DNA of 64,000 bases, taken from assembly GCA_963790205.1 (NCBI GenBank), contig CAWBNQ010000001.1, forward strand, positions 64,001-128,000. Reading direction: 5' to 3'. Shown piece by piece: positions 1-9,531 of the stretch; the stretch's first letter is position 1, and each line of letters begins with the position of its first letter. This DNA is from Nitrospirota bacterium (GTDB lineage: Bacteria; Nitrospirota; UBA9217). A program made the position numbers and the translations under genes. The notes beneath the pieces are model-generated. The model did no database searches, was not told the DNA's origin, and saw nothing but the letters and a program-made list of their open reading frames with translations.

Positions 1-532
1 ACAGCGCCACGCGCCGCTTTTCGCCGCCCGAGAGGGTCGAGATCTTTGCTTCGCCAGCCGGACAGCGCAGCGCGTCCATGGCCATATCCAGCCTGCTGTC
101 CAGTTCCCAGGCATTCAGGTGGTCGAGCTTCTCCTGCACCTCGCCCTGGCGCGCGATGAGCTTGTTCATTTCGTCATCGGACATGGGATTGGCGAAGCTT
201 TCGTTGATCTTGTTGTACTCGTGCAAAAGGTCGACGATCTGCTGCACGCCCTCTTCCACGCACTGACGCACGGTCTTTGCAGGATCGAGCTTCGGCTCCT
301 GCTCGAGAATGCCGACGGTGTAGCCCGATGAGACCACGACCTCGCCCGCGAACTCCTTGTCAATGCCGGCCATGATCCTGAGCAGCGAGCTCTTGCCCGA
401 GCCGTTCAGGCCCAGCACGCCGATCTTCGCGCCGTAGAAGTACGAAAGGTAAATGTCCTTCAGGACCGGCTTCTTATCGTAAAATTTGCCCACCCCTACC
501 ATGGAGTAGATTATCTTGTTCGGTTCAGCCAT
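1..532 (-). CDS. ettA: Energy-dependent translational throttle ABC-F ATPase (5' part; runs off window start)
   Basis: Manual translation from ATG at 532: MAEPNKIIYSMVGVGKFYDKKPVLKDIYLSYFYGAKIGVLGLNGSGKSSLLRIMAG; Walker A plus the EttA-type N-terminus. Not in the ORF track. Confidence 0.93.
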   Translation of the reverse strand, partial: MAEPNKIIYSMVGVGKFYDKKPVLKDIYLSYFYGAKIGVLGLNGSGKSSLLRIMAGIDKEFAGEVVVSSGYTVGILEQEPKLDPAKTVRQCVEEGVQQIVDLLHEYNKINESFANPMSDDEMNKLIARQGEVQEKLDHLNAWELDSRLDMAMDALRCPAGEAKISTLSGGEKRRVAL

Positions 533-716
533 ATGCGGTATTCACAACCTCCTGGAAAATAGTAGGCTCATTTGTACACTTAATCGTGGCGGCGTGTCAA
601 TAATAAAAAAGAGCTGCATGCCGGCAGGAAGGCGTGGAAGGACCGCAGGAATAGTGACTAGGCAGCTGAGGACTACGTTTGCTGATACAGCTTGTACATC
701 TCAGATTATTGAACTA

Positions 717-752
717 AAAGAGCGGGAGGGCCTTTCGACCATCCCGCTCTTT
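717..752 (-). terminator. Intrinsic terminator downstream of 778..1101
   Basis: AAAGAGCGGGA...TCCCGCTCTTT inverted repeat. Confidence 0.65.
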
Positions 753-777
753 CATGAGAATCCGACCATGCGATAAA

Positions 778-1101
778 CTACTGCCCCTGTGGACCGCCCA
801 TTCCGCCCTGCGGATTGCCCATCATTCCGCGTTCGCGCCTCATCTCACCGCGCTTTCCTTTCATCTCGGACACGTGCTTTTCCCTGCAGGCCTTGAGGTC
901 ATTGTCGTTCTTTGCCGCCTGTACGCACGCCTTTCCCTCTTGAAGACCGGCCATCCGCTCGTCTATCATCTTCAGAATCTGGGTCTGCCTCTGCTCAAAC
1001 GTTTTGCCTGGTGCAGTTGGCGGCTGATTGCCTTCAACTGCGAACGCCGGCACAGCAAATGCCAATGCTAGTAGAGCTGCTGCGATTACTGTCTTTTTCA
1101 T
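778..1101 (-). CDS. Small exported helical protein, unknown function
   Basis: Signal peptide MKKTVIAAALLALAFAVPAFA, two Cys, Gly/Met-rich tail, AGGAGG RBS. Confidence 0.8.
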   Translation of the reverse strand: MKKTVIAAALLALAFAVPAFAVEGNQPPTAPGKTFEQRQTQILKMIDERMAGLQEGKACVQAAKNDNDLKACREKHVSEMKGKRGEMRRERGMMGNPQGGMGGPQGQ

Positions 1102-1257
1102 AGTTCCTCCTTTTTGTCATTGGCGCCAAATAAGATTCTCTCTCTACGTGGAATTCTGTTTTGTTATTGCTTAATCGGCCTCCGGGACTCAAGCGGGACC
1201 CCTTGCAGGGCTCAACCTCCCGGGCGATCTTCTGCGAAAGTATCGTAACACGAAAAG

Positions 1258-1273
1258 TGAGACACGATTGAGA
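1258..1273 (-). promoter_or_regulatory. Possible OmpR/PhoB-family tandem binding site
   Basis: Minus strand TCTCA-N6-TCTCA (11-nt period), then 10 nt, then -10-like TACGAT. Confidence 0.35.
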
Positions 1274-1381
1274 ATAATAAGTTTAGTGGTGCTCTGTTTT
1301 TTGATATTAAACCTTTAGCAAATGGCTGTGTCTCATATACTAGTGATCACAAAGACGGAAACAGAAAGGGGGTGAATACTT

Positions 1382-1603
1382 ATGAAGAAGATCGTCGCTC
1401 TTTTCACGGCAATGGCGTTTGCCCTGACCCTCGGCGTTGCATTCGCAGAGGAACAGGCGCCGGCGGCAGCAGGAAAGGCCCCGGCAACGACGGAGAAGAC
1501 TCCGGCAAAGGCCAGGAAAGCCAAGAAGGCCAGGAAGGCAAAACATATCAAGAAGCACAAGAAAGCAGCAGCTCCTGTTGCAGCAACTCCCGCAACAAAG
1601 TAA
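1382..1603 (+). CDS. Small exported Lys/Ala-rich basic protein (Asr-like composition)
   Basis: Signal peptide ending AFA; KARKAKKARKAKHIKKHKK; GGGGTG RBS; followed by terminator. Confidence 0.75.
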   Translation: MKKIVALFTAMAFALTLGVAFAEEQAPAAAGKAPATTEKTPAKARKAKKARKAKHIKKHKKAAAPVAATPATK

Positions 1604-1662
1604 TGTGAACTATACCGCCATTTCATAATACCAGGCGGAAAAAGTCATACATTCTGTAACAC

Positions 1663-1692
1663 AAAAGGCCTGTCATCAATGACAGGCCTTTT
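1663..1692. terminator. Bidirectional intrinsic terminator
   Basis: AAAAGGCCTGTCAT-CA-ATGACAGGCCTTTT between convergent genes. Confidence 0.85.
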
Positions 1693-1780
1693 GCTTTGAC
1701 GAAAGAAGCTCGCACTCCATGTGATCAAATTGGGAGCGTAACTTTTATTCTCTGAACGCCGCTCCGCAAGAAACGCTTCC

Positions 1781-2701
1781 CTACTCCTTCAGCATCTCTT
1801 CAAGCGTGATCCGCACCGAGTCGCAGAGCGACGGAAGATCGTATCCGCCTTCGAGCACGAACACGGTAGGACAGGATGCGCAGGAATACAGGATGCTCCG
1901 GACGATCCCGCTTATTCCCTCATGCGAGACGCGGATGTTCGCGTGGGGGTCGTTCACGTGAATGTCGTAACCGGCGGACACGAGAATGATGTCCGGCATG
2001 AACCGGTGGATAATGTCGGGAAGGATGTTTTGATATACATAGAGGTAATCTTTGTTGCCCGAGCCTGCCTGGACCGGGAGATTATAGGTGAAGCCCAGCC
2101 CTTTGCCCTTGCCGCGCTCCATGTCCTTCCCCGTGTCGGGATAGTAGGGATGCTGGTGGGTGCTGAAGTAGAAGACCCTGTCGTCCTCTTCGAAGATGTG
2201 CTGGGTGCCGTTGCCGTGGTGGGCGTCGAAATCGATGATGAACACGCGTTCGTACCCGAGGGTCCGGGCATACCGGGCGCCGACGGCAATGTTGTTGAAG
2301 AGGCAGAATCCCATACCCCGGTCGGCCTCGGCATGATGTCCCGGGGGACGGACAGCGCAGAACGCCCGGCTGATCTCGTTCTTTTTGCATTGCTCCACGG
2401 CTTCCATGACCGCTCCCGCTGCGTGGAGCGCCGCGTCGAAGCTGCCCTCGGAAAGATAGGTGTCCGGGTCGAGTTCGCCCGCGCCGAAGGTCTTGATCTT
2501 TTCGATGTACTCGCGCGTGTGAACGCGCCCGATGTCATCGAGGCTCGCGCGACGGGGATGGAGAAGCACCAGCCTGGGCCATATTCCCGATGCCTTGAGC
2601 GTGGCGATGATGTTGATGAGCCGGTCCGGGGAGTCGGGGTGCCACGCCGGCGGCTTGTGGTGCAGGAGGACTTCATCGTAGACGAACCCGACTCTGTTCA
2701 T
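1781..2701 (-). CDS. Histone deacetylase-family (AcuC/AphA-like) protein
   Basis: HPDSPDRL, RPPGHHA, GFCLFNN, DFDAHHGNGTQ, SAGYD, LEGGY. Start taken at MNRVGF (2701). Confidence 0.92.
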   Translation of the reverse strand: MNRVGFVYDEVLLHHKPPAWHPDSPDRLINIIATLKASGIWPRLVLLHPRRASLDDIGRVHTREYIEKIKTFGAGELDPDTYLSEGSFDAALHAAGAVMEAVEQCKKNEISRAFCAVRPPGHHAEADRGMGFCLFNNIAVGARYARTLGYERVFIIDFDAHHGNGTQHIFEEDDRVFYFSTHQHPYYPDTGKDMERGKGKGLGFTYNLPVQAGSGNKDYLYVYQNILPDIIHRFMPDIILVSAGYDIHVNDPHANIRVSHEGISGIVRSILYSCASCPTVFVLEGGYDLPSLCDSVRITLEEMLKE

Positions 2702-2740
2702 AAAGGGGTTTTCCTTGACCTTGAGAAGTTCTCTTTCAGT

Positions 2741-2806
2741 CACAGCGGCACGGGCCTTCATCGGTCGAATGCCTTAAGCCGTTCAAGCTGCTCTTCGTCC
2801 CGCACG
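2741..2806 (-). pseudogene. Decayed duplicate of the Ap4A phosphorylase 3' end
   Basis: 2772-2806 matches 3741-3775 at 30/35 nt; translates VRDEEQLERLKAF then (frameshift) PMKARAAV versus VRDEGQLERLKGYGPLKALASV. Confidence 0.75.
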
Positions 2807-2864
2807 CTGCAGGAAGGGCGTCGCCGCCGTTGACAAACCGCATCAGGACTGCTACGCTCAAGTC

Positions 2865-3647
2865 ATGGCCCCGGACCCTGAACGTGTTCACGCCTGTCCC
2901 AATTGCGGCAAACCCATTGAAGAAGACCGATACGTGAGAAGACGGGACGGCACGTACCGTTGCGAGCATTGCTACTTCGCCGACACCTATCTCGAAGGCG
3001 TCGTCGAGCGCATGGAAACAGGATATCTCGTGACCCTCGAGGCCTTTGTGAACGCCATCGACGCCCGGGAGCACGAAGTGGGAAACCATTCGCTGCGGGT
3101 CACCGAATTCTCCCTCGTCATCGGGAACGCCTGCGGCATCCAGGGAAGGGACCTCGTGGGCCTCTACTGCGGCTCGCTTCTCCACGATATCGGCAAGATC
3201 GGCGTGCCCGACGATGTGCTCCACAAGGCCGGGCCATTGAACGCCGCGGAGCAGGCGATCATGCGCAGGCACCCCGAGATCGGCTATGGCATCATCGGCC
3301 ACATCGGTTACTTCGCCGCCGCAGCGGAGATCATCCGCAGCCATCACGAGCACTACGACGGGTCCGGCTACCCGCGTGGGCTCAAGGGGGAAGAGATCCC
3401 CCGCGGGGCCCGCGTCTTTGCCGTGGCCGACGCCCTTGACGCCCTCACGGTAACCCGGCCGTACCGTCAGGCCGTTTCCTTCGATGCGGCCATCGAGGAA
3501 ATCCTCAGGGCCTCCGGCACATCCTTCGATCCGGCGGTGGTCGAAGGCTTTCTCAAGGCCCTGGATGAGCTCAAGGATATGGTAGGCAGGGTCATCTTCG
3601 ACAGCAGGGACATGGAGCACGGCGGCCTCTTCAGCCCGGGAGGATAG
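2865..3647 (+). CDS. HD-GYP cyclic-dinucleotide phosphodiesterase with N-terminal Cys motif
   Basis: HDIGKIG and HHEHYDGSGYP motifs; N-terminal CPNC...CEHC. Confidence 0.9.
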   Translation: MAPDPERVHACPNCGKPIEEDRYVRRRDGTYRCEHCYFADTYLEGVVERMETGYLVTLEAFVNAIDAREHEVGNHSLRVTEFSLVIGNACGIQGRDLVGLYCGSLLHDIGKIGVPDDVLHKAGPLNAAEQAIMRRHPEIGYGIIGHIGYFAAAAEIIRSHHEHYDGSGYPRGLKGEEIPRGARVFAVADALDALTVTRPYRQAVSFDAAIEEILRASGTSFDPAVVEGFLKALDELKDMVGRVIFDSRDMEHGGLFSPGG

Positions 3648-4599
3648 TCCCCGCAGGCTCTCCGCCTCTTTCCCTGTTTTTTTCTTCCGGATTGACCCTC
3701 TGCACAGCCACGCTCGCCAGGGCCTTCAGGGGCCCGTATCCTTTCAGCCGTTCCAGCTGCCCTTCATCCCGCACGAAAAGAGATCCGGCAAAAGCAAGAG
3801 CATTCAGCGAAATGCCGTCAAAAAACTCCCGGGACCGCGGCACGAGGAGCATCCACGCGCGCGTCACGAGAAAGCAATAGGGCATGGACTGCTGCCTGGG
3901 CCCGGCTGCTGAAGCGGCCTCCATGCCCACGCATTGAAGCATGCCGGAGTAGAGTTCGAAGGTCTTCTTCGCGGCATCGAGGGGAGTATTGACCAGGTCC
4001 CCGTCCAGCCGCACGAAGGAATGGAGAAAGGGGAACGCCGGTAGAGTGAATAAGTCACCCGGCGCGCCCGTCCCTGCGATGATCAGGGGTTCGATCGGGA
4101 CCGCAGGCCCTTCCGGCGCCAGGGGGAGCGGCACCAGCTGGAGGTGTTTGTGACGCTGACTTGCGCCGGCTTCTTGGCCCCCGTTATAGAAGCCGAGGCT
4201 GTTGTATTCCGCCATGCAGAGCCAAAGCGCCTCGAAATCCTTCCGCGTAAGCAGGGTATCCTGGTCCTCGAACGACCGGGTGACGATGAGCAGGTGGCGC
4301 TCCACGACATTGAACTTGTTCAGAATGGCGATGTGTGTGTCGGTGATGTCAGCGAGCGTGAGGTCTTTTTCGGGCGGGAGAAAGGGGTTTACGATCTTCC
4401 CGCCTTTCGAGCCGGCATCCTGTTTTTTTCTCGCCTCGTCCTTGCGACTCAGGCTTGACAGGACCCTTACAAAGAACCGCATGCCGTTGTCCTCGATAAA
4501 GGCATGGTTTGTCGGTATCGGCAGCAGGGAACCGCTGCGAAGCGCGTGGTCGGTCGTCGCGACGAGCCTCCCCCACAATGTTCCCCTTTGCAGCATCAT
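3631..4599 (-). CDS. ATP adenylyltransferase / Ap4A phosphorylase II
   Basis: NPFLP, LNKFNV, FYNGGQEAGASQRHKHLQ (HxHxQ), NALAFAGSL. Confidence 0.9.
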   Translation of the reverse strand: MMLQRGTLWGRLVATTDHALRSGSLLPIPTNHAFIEDNGMRFFVRVLSSLSRKDEARKKQDAGSKGGKIVNPFLPPEKDLTLADITDTHIAILNKFNVVERHLLIVTRSFEDQDTLLTRKDFEALWLCMAEYNSLGFYNGGQEAGASQRHKHLQLVPLPLAPEGPAVPIEPLIIAGTGAPGDLFTLPAFPFLHSFVRLDGDLVNTPLDAAKKTFELYSGMLQCVGMEAASAAGPRQQSMPYCFLVTRAWMLLVPRSREFFDGISLNALAFAGSLFVRDEGQLERLKGYGPLKALASVAVQRVNPEEKNRERGGEPAGTILPG

Positions 4600-4870
4600 T
4601 CCTCGGCTTTCCTCAGTAGTGAGCACGGAAGCGGATATTCAGGCCGTCAAGTGCCTTCTTTTGACGCCGACATTGGTGAAATAACCACCTCGTTCAGCGA
4701 TTTCACCATATTTTGCATGAACTGAAGCTGGCTTGGCCTGGGGAATCCGTCCGAAATGTCTGAATTGCCCGGTATTCGTGGTCAAATTTGAACTTTAGCA
4801 TCTAAGTATGAAAATTGCAGCTTAATTTTAATCCGCAACCGATCACAATGATCAGAATGCTCAACTATTG

Positions 4871-5260
4871 ATGGCGATGGCGAAAATCTTACTGGTTGAC
4901 GACGAAAATCTTATTTTGTACTCCCTTTCCGCAACGCTCAGGCACGACGGTTCCGAGGTAACGGCCGTTGCGAACGGGAAAGATGCGCTCGGCGAAATAC
5001 GTCGGTCCCCGTACGATATCTGCTTTCTCGACGTCAACCTCCCAGACGCAAACGGCTTTGATCTCATGAAAACCGTCCAGGAAATCTCCCCGGCAACCAG
5101 GATCATTATTATGACCGCGGTAGACCTCAATGACGGGCAGATGAGATATCTGCATAATAACGCATGTCATTTCCTGCCGAAACCGTTCAACCTCGAGGAG
5201 GTACGGTCGCTCGTAGCTGATCTTTCCAGAACGGAAAAGGCAGCGGTGAACGAAGCATAG
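4871..5260 (+). CDS. Single-domain response regulator
   Basis: ILLVDDE, FLDVNLPDANG, MTA, LPKPF. Confidence 0.9.
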   Translation: MAMAKILLVDDENLILYSLSATLRHDGSEVTAVANGKDALGEIRRSPYDICFLDVNLPDANGFDLMKTVQEISPATRIIIMTAVDLNDGQMRYLHNNACHFLPKPFNLEEVRSLVADLSRTEKAAVNEA

Positions 5261-5382
5261 CCCCTTGCCCCCAAAACCCCGGCGCGGAGAGGCGGAAAAG
5301 CTTCTCAAGAGCACCGGGATTTCCTCGTTAATCACTTCCCCAGACGGCCCTCTTCAATCGGAAATATCCTCCCCTTGTCCCA

Positions 5383-7221
5383 TCATGCCGATTGCGTTCT
5401 TTTCCCGCTATCGCTGGGGAGGCTTATTCTAAATGCGGCCCCTCCGCCCTTGCTGCTCTCGATGCGGATTGTGCCCCCGTGCTCCTCGATCAACCGCTTT
5501 GAAATCGCCAGCCCCAGCCCGGTCCCCTTTGCCTTGGTCGTAAAAAACGGCTGAAATATTTTGTCCAGGACTGAGGCATCTATACCCTTGCCGGTATCGG
5601 ATATAGCCACCGTTATGGCGCGCGCCGTCTCGTTGAACGAAGTTTTCAAGACCAGAGTGCCTCCCTCCGGCATCGCATCGACGGCATTCAGGAGCAGATT
5701 CATGAACACCTGCTTCAATTGCATCGGATCGCCAACGATTTCCGGGAGAGCGGGGTCAAATTCTTTCACCAGGGTTATGGCGCCGGGTTCGCCGGGAGCG
5801 TGAAAGCCGTTTTTCAGCACGAGCTGCGCGGCGGTTTCGAGGACGGTATTTACGCCGGTATTGGTAAATTGCGGCATGGGCGGCCGGGCAAAATTGAGCA
5901 GTCCCTGCATTAAGCCTTCAATGCGCTTGATTTCGTCTATAACTTTGAAGAGGACGCTCCGGTCCTCTTCCGACAGGTAGCGTTCCTCGGAGAGGACCTG
6001 CATCGTCACCTTAATGCCCGCGAGGGGGTTCTTTATTTCATGCGCCAGCCCCGTGGCCAGTTCTCCCGCTGTTCTGATCTGCTGCGCCCGTTGCAGGGCC
6101 TCTTCCGCCTGTTTTCTCTCGGTGACGTCACGATCGATCGCGAGGATGTATTTATGGCCGCCGACCTCGAATACCCCGGCGCTGATCTCGACGGGGAACA
6201 CCGCGCCTTCCTTGGTGCGGTGGGTGACCACGGTCTGAATCCGCTCCCCCGCCAGCAAACGTTCAATGCGTATCGGAATTCCCAGGGCTGCATCCGGCGT
6301 ATCGAGCTCCTTAATGTTCATCGTCAGGAGCTCTTCGGCGGAATAGCCGTGCATCTTCGCCGCGGCCTGATTGGTTTTCAGGATTTTACCGACCTGCTCG
6401 CCTTCGGCGGCCAGAATGAAGATAGCATCGGCGGCGCTCTCGAACAGAAGACGATAGCGCTTTTCACTTTCCTCGATCTCCCTCATGTTCCCCCTGAGAG
6501 ACCCCGCCATGTCATCGAAGGCGAGCGCCAGCTCCGCAAACTCATCTTTAAGCCCTGCGATGCGATGGTCCAGGTCGCCGGCCTTCAAGCGTTTCGTTGC
6601 ATTGAGGAGAACATTGATCGGTTTCGTAAAGCCGCGTATCAGCGTGAAAGCCAGGCCGATACTCAGCAGCGGCCCGAGCGCAATGAGCGCCGATAGAAGC
6701 GTCCGCGTCCGCCTGGCATCCAGCAAGGCAGCCTGCGTTCTTTCGTTGAGTTTGCGGTTGGTGAAAGCGATCATGGTATTCACTCGTTGAATGAGCTCGT
6801 TCCCGAGTGCATAGGTGTTATCCTTCTCGGCCCGAAGCCGGGCAGCGCCCGCCCCCCTCGTCAGCACTCTGTCTACCGCGTGAGCATATTGATCGATCCG
6901 GACACTCAAGTCCTGGATCCGCTCCCGTACGCTTTCGGCATGGTGGCAACCGGAACAGATGTCGATCGTGCTCCTCATGGTACGCACATGGTTCGCGACC
7001 GTCTCGTCGCTCTGCGCGTATCGCGTGTCATGCAAGTACAGATCTGCCTGGACAGCGCGGATATTCAGCAACAGGTGCTCCCGAAGGATCTCAACCTGGT
7101 GGAGCAGGATCAATCTATCGAACCGTGACGTGTTGGCGCCGATCGCCTCGATAAGATAGATTCCGCCGAGAAGTAAAAGCAGGGAAAAGACGCTCAGCAC
7201 TATGACGATTTTCTTCTTCAT
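5383..7221 (-). CDS. Membrane HAMP-PAS histidine kinase with periplasmic CxxCH
   Basis: Two TM segments, CSGCH, HAMP, PAS, H-box LAHEIKNPL, N/G boxes. Confidence 0.93.
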   Translation of the reverse strand: MKKKIVIVLSVFSLLLLLGGIYLIEAIGANTSRFDRLILLHQVEILREHLLLNIRAVQADLYLHDTRYAQSDETVANHVRTMRSTIDICSGCHHAESVRERIQDLSVRIDQYAHAVDRVLTRGAGAARLRAEKDNTYALGNELIQRVNTMIAFTNRKLNERTQAALLDARRTRTLLSALIALGPLLSIGLAFTLIRGFTKPINVLLNATKRLKAGDLDHRIAGLKDEFAELALAFDDMAGSLRGNMREIEESEKRYRLLFESAADAIFILAAEGEQVGKILKTNQAAAKMHGYSAEELLTMNIKELDTPDAALGIPIRIERLLAGERIQTVVTHRTKEGAVFPVEISAGVFEVGGHKYILAIDRDVTERKQAEEALQRAQQIRTAGELATGLAHEIKNPLAGIKVTMQVLSEERYLSEEDRSVLFKVIDEIKRIEGLMQGLLNFARPPMPQFTNTGVNTVLETAAQLVLKNGFHAPGEPGAITLVKEFDPALPEIVGDPMQLKQVFMNLLLNAVDAMPEGGTLVLKTSFNETARAITVAISDTGKGIDASVLDKIFQPFFTTKAKGTGLGLAISKRLIEEHGGTIRIESSKGGGAAFRISLPSDSGKRTQSA

Positions 7222-7434
7222 CTTGAAGGGGCGCTATGCCGGCTTTCTAAGACCGGGGTCGCGCTCGTGCTCGCAAGCGGGCCTGAAGCCGATGGTTGTT
7301 GTAACGATTTAACGCCGAAAAGTCTTTGATATTCTGACTATTTAATAAGGACCCTGGAAACCCAGCTCATGATAACCCAGATGCCGGATGCTGTCAATAT
7401 CTCGATTTCATAAGGAGCAACGCAGAGAAAGACG

Positions 7435-8605
7435 TTACGCATACTGTCCAGCCGCATGGCCCGAGGCCCACGCCCAGTGAAGATTGTACCCGCCCAGGTG
7501 CCCCGTAACATCCTGTACCTCACCGATAAAATACAGTCCCTTCACCTTTTTCGACTCCATGGTCTTGGATGAAAGCTCGACGGTGTCGACCCCTCCGGCC
7601 GTTACCTCGGCGCTCTTGTATCCTTCGGTGGCGCCCGGCCTGATCATCCATGAATGCAGCTGGTTTGCGATAAGCAGCAGCTCCCGGTCGGAATACTGAG
7701 CGATCGGTTTTGACGTCACGTAAAGATCACACCAGGTCTGTACAAACCGTTTGGGGAAAAATTGATTGAGCAGCGTACGCATCTCCATGGCGCTCCGCCG
7801 TTTTTCGTTGAATGCCGAGGGGATGTCTGATTTCCGGAAGGAGGTCGATCAGGATCGGGATGCCGGGCTTCCAGTACAATGAGGCCTGCAGGATTGCGGG
7901 ACCGCTGACACCCCGGTGCGTAAAAAGAATGTTCCCGCGAAAGCGACTGCCTTCACACTCGACAACGGAGTCAAGCGAAATGCCTGCCAGTTCCCGGAAT
8001 ATCCTCTGGTCGCGCCCGGAGAAGACGAGGGGTACGAGAGCGGGTCTGACCTCCGTGACCCGGAGGCCGAATTGCCTGGCGATGCTGTGTCCGAAGCCGC
8101 TCGCCCCGAGGCCCGGGTAGGAAAGCCCTCCCGTGGCCATGACCAGGGAATCTGACTGGAATGCGCCCTGGTCCGTCGCGACCCTGAAGGCCCCGGTCTT
8201 TTGGATTTCCGTTACCCGGCGCGCAAGGAGCAGCTCAACGCCGGCGCGGTCGCACTCGTGCCGGAGCATGGCGAGGATGTCGCGTGAACTTTTTACGCAA
8301 AAAAGCTGGCCCGCTTCTTTTTCGTAATACGGGATCCCCTCTTTGCGCACGAGGGAGATAATGTCCTGGGGCGTGAACCGCGCGAGCGCGGACTTGCAGA
8401 AATGCGGATTTTCAGAAAGATAGTGCCCGGCCGTCACCCGCAGGTTCGTGAAGTTGCATCTCCCCCCGCCGGAGACGAGTATTTTGGAGCCCATGCGCTC
8501 TGCGTGGTCGAGCACGAGCACGGAACGGCCGCGTTTTCCGCACTCCGCGGCGCACATCAGTCCCGACGCGCCCGCTCCGACGACGATGACGTCTTTCTTG
8601 ACCAT
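7435..8605 (-). pseudogene. HI0933/BaiN-family flavoprotein, split by a frameshift near 7830
   Basis: N-part GAGASGL, SGGGRCNFTN, LFTHRGVSGP; C-part AEVTAGGV, GGYNLHWAWASG in another frame. Confidence 0.8.
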
Positions 8606-8730
8606 ATTTGGATTTGGATTTTTTTGAACCGGGGACATAGAGAGCACTATACCGAAGGAAGTGGGAAAAACCAAGAAGATTTACGGGAAAAACAAGAAGT
8701 GAAAATAAGCAAATTGCAAAAGAGCAACCA

Positions 8731-8792
8731 TTTTGACAAGATTCACAGGAAGGGCACGATCTCTCCGGGCATATCCTGTAATCCTGTCAAAA
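8731..8792. repeat. Imperfect inverted repeat built from ACAGGAT-like units
   Basis: TTTTGACAAGATTCACAGGA / TCCTGTAATCCTGTCAAAA. Confidence 0.7.
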
Positions 8793-8859
8793 GAGTGGTT
8801 TTGATTTTCCCGCGCCAAGAGCCGTGAAAAAACGGCGCGCCGCGGTGCGGCATCCAACC

Positions 8860-9408
8860 CTATACCGCAACCTGCCGCTTGCTGACCGACACGCGCGCGG
8901 CCTGCGGGCCGTCCGTTCCTTGCTCCTCAACAAAGGCCACCTCGGCCCCGACTTTCAACCGGCCAAAGTCCCCGTTCAGAACGCTGTTGCCATGGAAATA
9001 GATCTCCCGCTCGTCCGGTGTCTGGATGAACCCGTACAACTCGCCCGGAAAGAGCCTGATGATGCGCCCGCTCCGCGGCCCCTCGTGGCTCTTGATATCG
9101 CCGCGCTCGCGCCGCGCATGCTCCTCGAGACGCCTGCTCGCCGCGTCAAAAGCATCGCGGATCGCGATGTAGACGTCTTCGTTCTCTTCGCGGGTCACTG
9201 CCAGCTCCTTGCGGGGCACGGTAATATCGATCCGCACGCCGAAAAGCTTGCCCTGACGCTGGCGCCGCTGCGTGCTCTCCACCACGACCCTGCAACCCAT
9301 GATCCGGTCGTAAAATCTGTCGAGCTTGGCGGCTTTTTCCTGAATGTGCGTTTCGATTGCTTCGGAAGGCGGGAAGTTGCGGAAGGTAACCTGTAAGGGA
9401 AGTCTCAT
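8860..9408 (-). CDS. HPF/RaiA ribosome-associated domain fused to a cold-shock domain
   Basis: LQVTFRNFPPSEAIE...AIRDAFDAA; C-terminal YGFI...EIYFH...VAFVEE.G..GPQA. Confidence 0.88.
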   Translation of the reverse strand: MRLPLQVTFRNFPPSEAIETHIQEKAAKLDRFYDRIMGCRVVVESTQRRQRQGKLFGVRIDITVPRKELAVTREENEDVYIAIRDAFDAASRRLEEHARRERGDIKSHEGPRSGRIIRLFPGELYGFIQTPDEREIYFHGNSVLNGDFGRLKVGAEVAFVEEQGTDGPQAARVSVSKRQVAV

Positions 9409-9531
9409 AGCTGCGCCTCCAATCCGTAAAAGCTGCTGCGTGCTCTCTGATTAAAACGTAGCACAAAACAATACGCCTGTCAAACAACGCAAACGCGCGT
9501 CAGATGCCGCTGCCGCGTTCGCTATCCTGCT

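Noticed and set aside
1178..1225. Resemblance of the minus-strand leader to SRP/Alu sequence
   Set aside because: Short match only; no SRP helix 8 motif seen.
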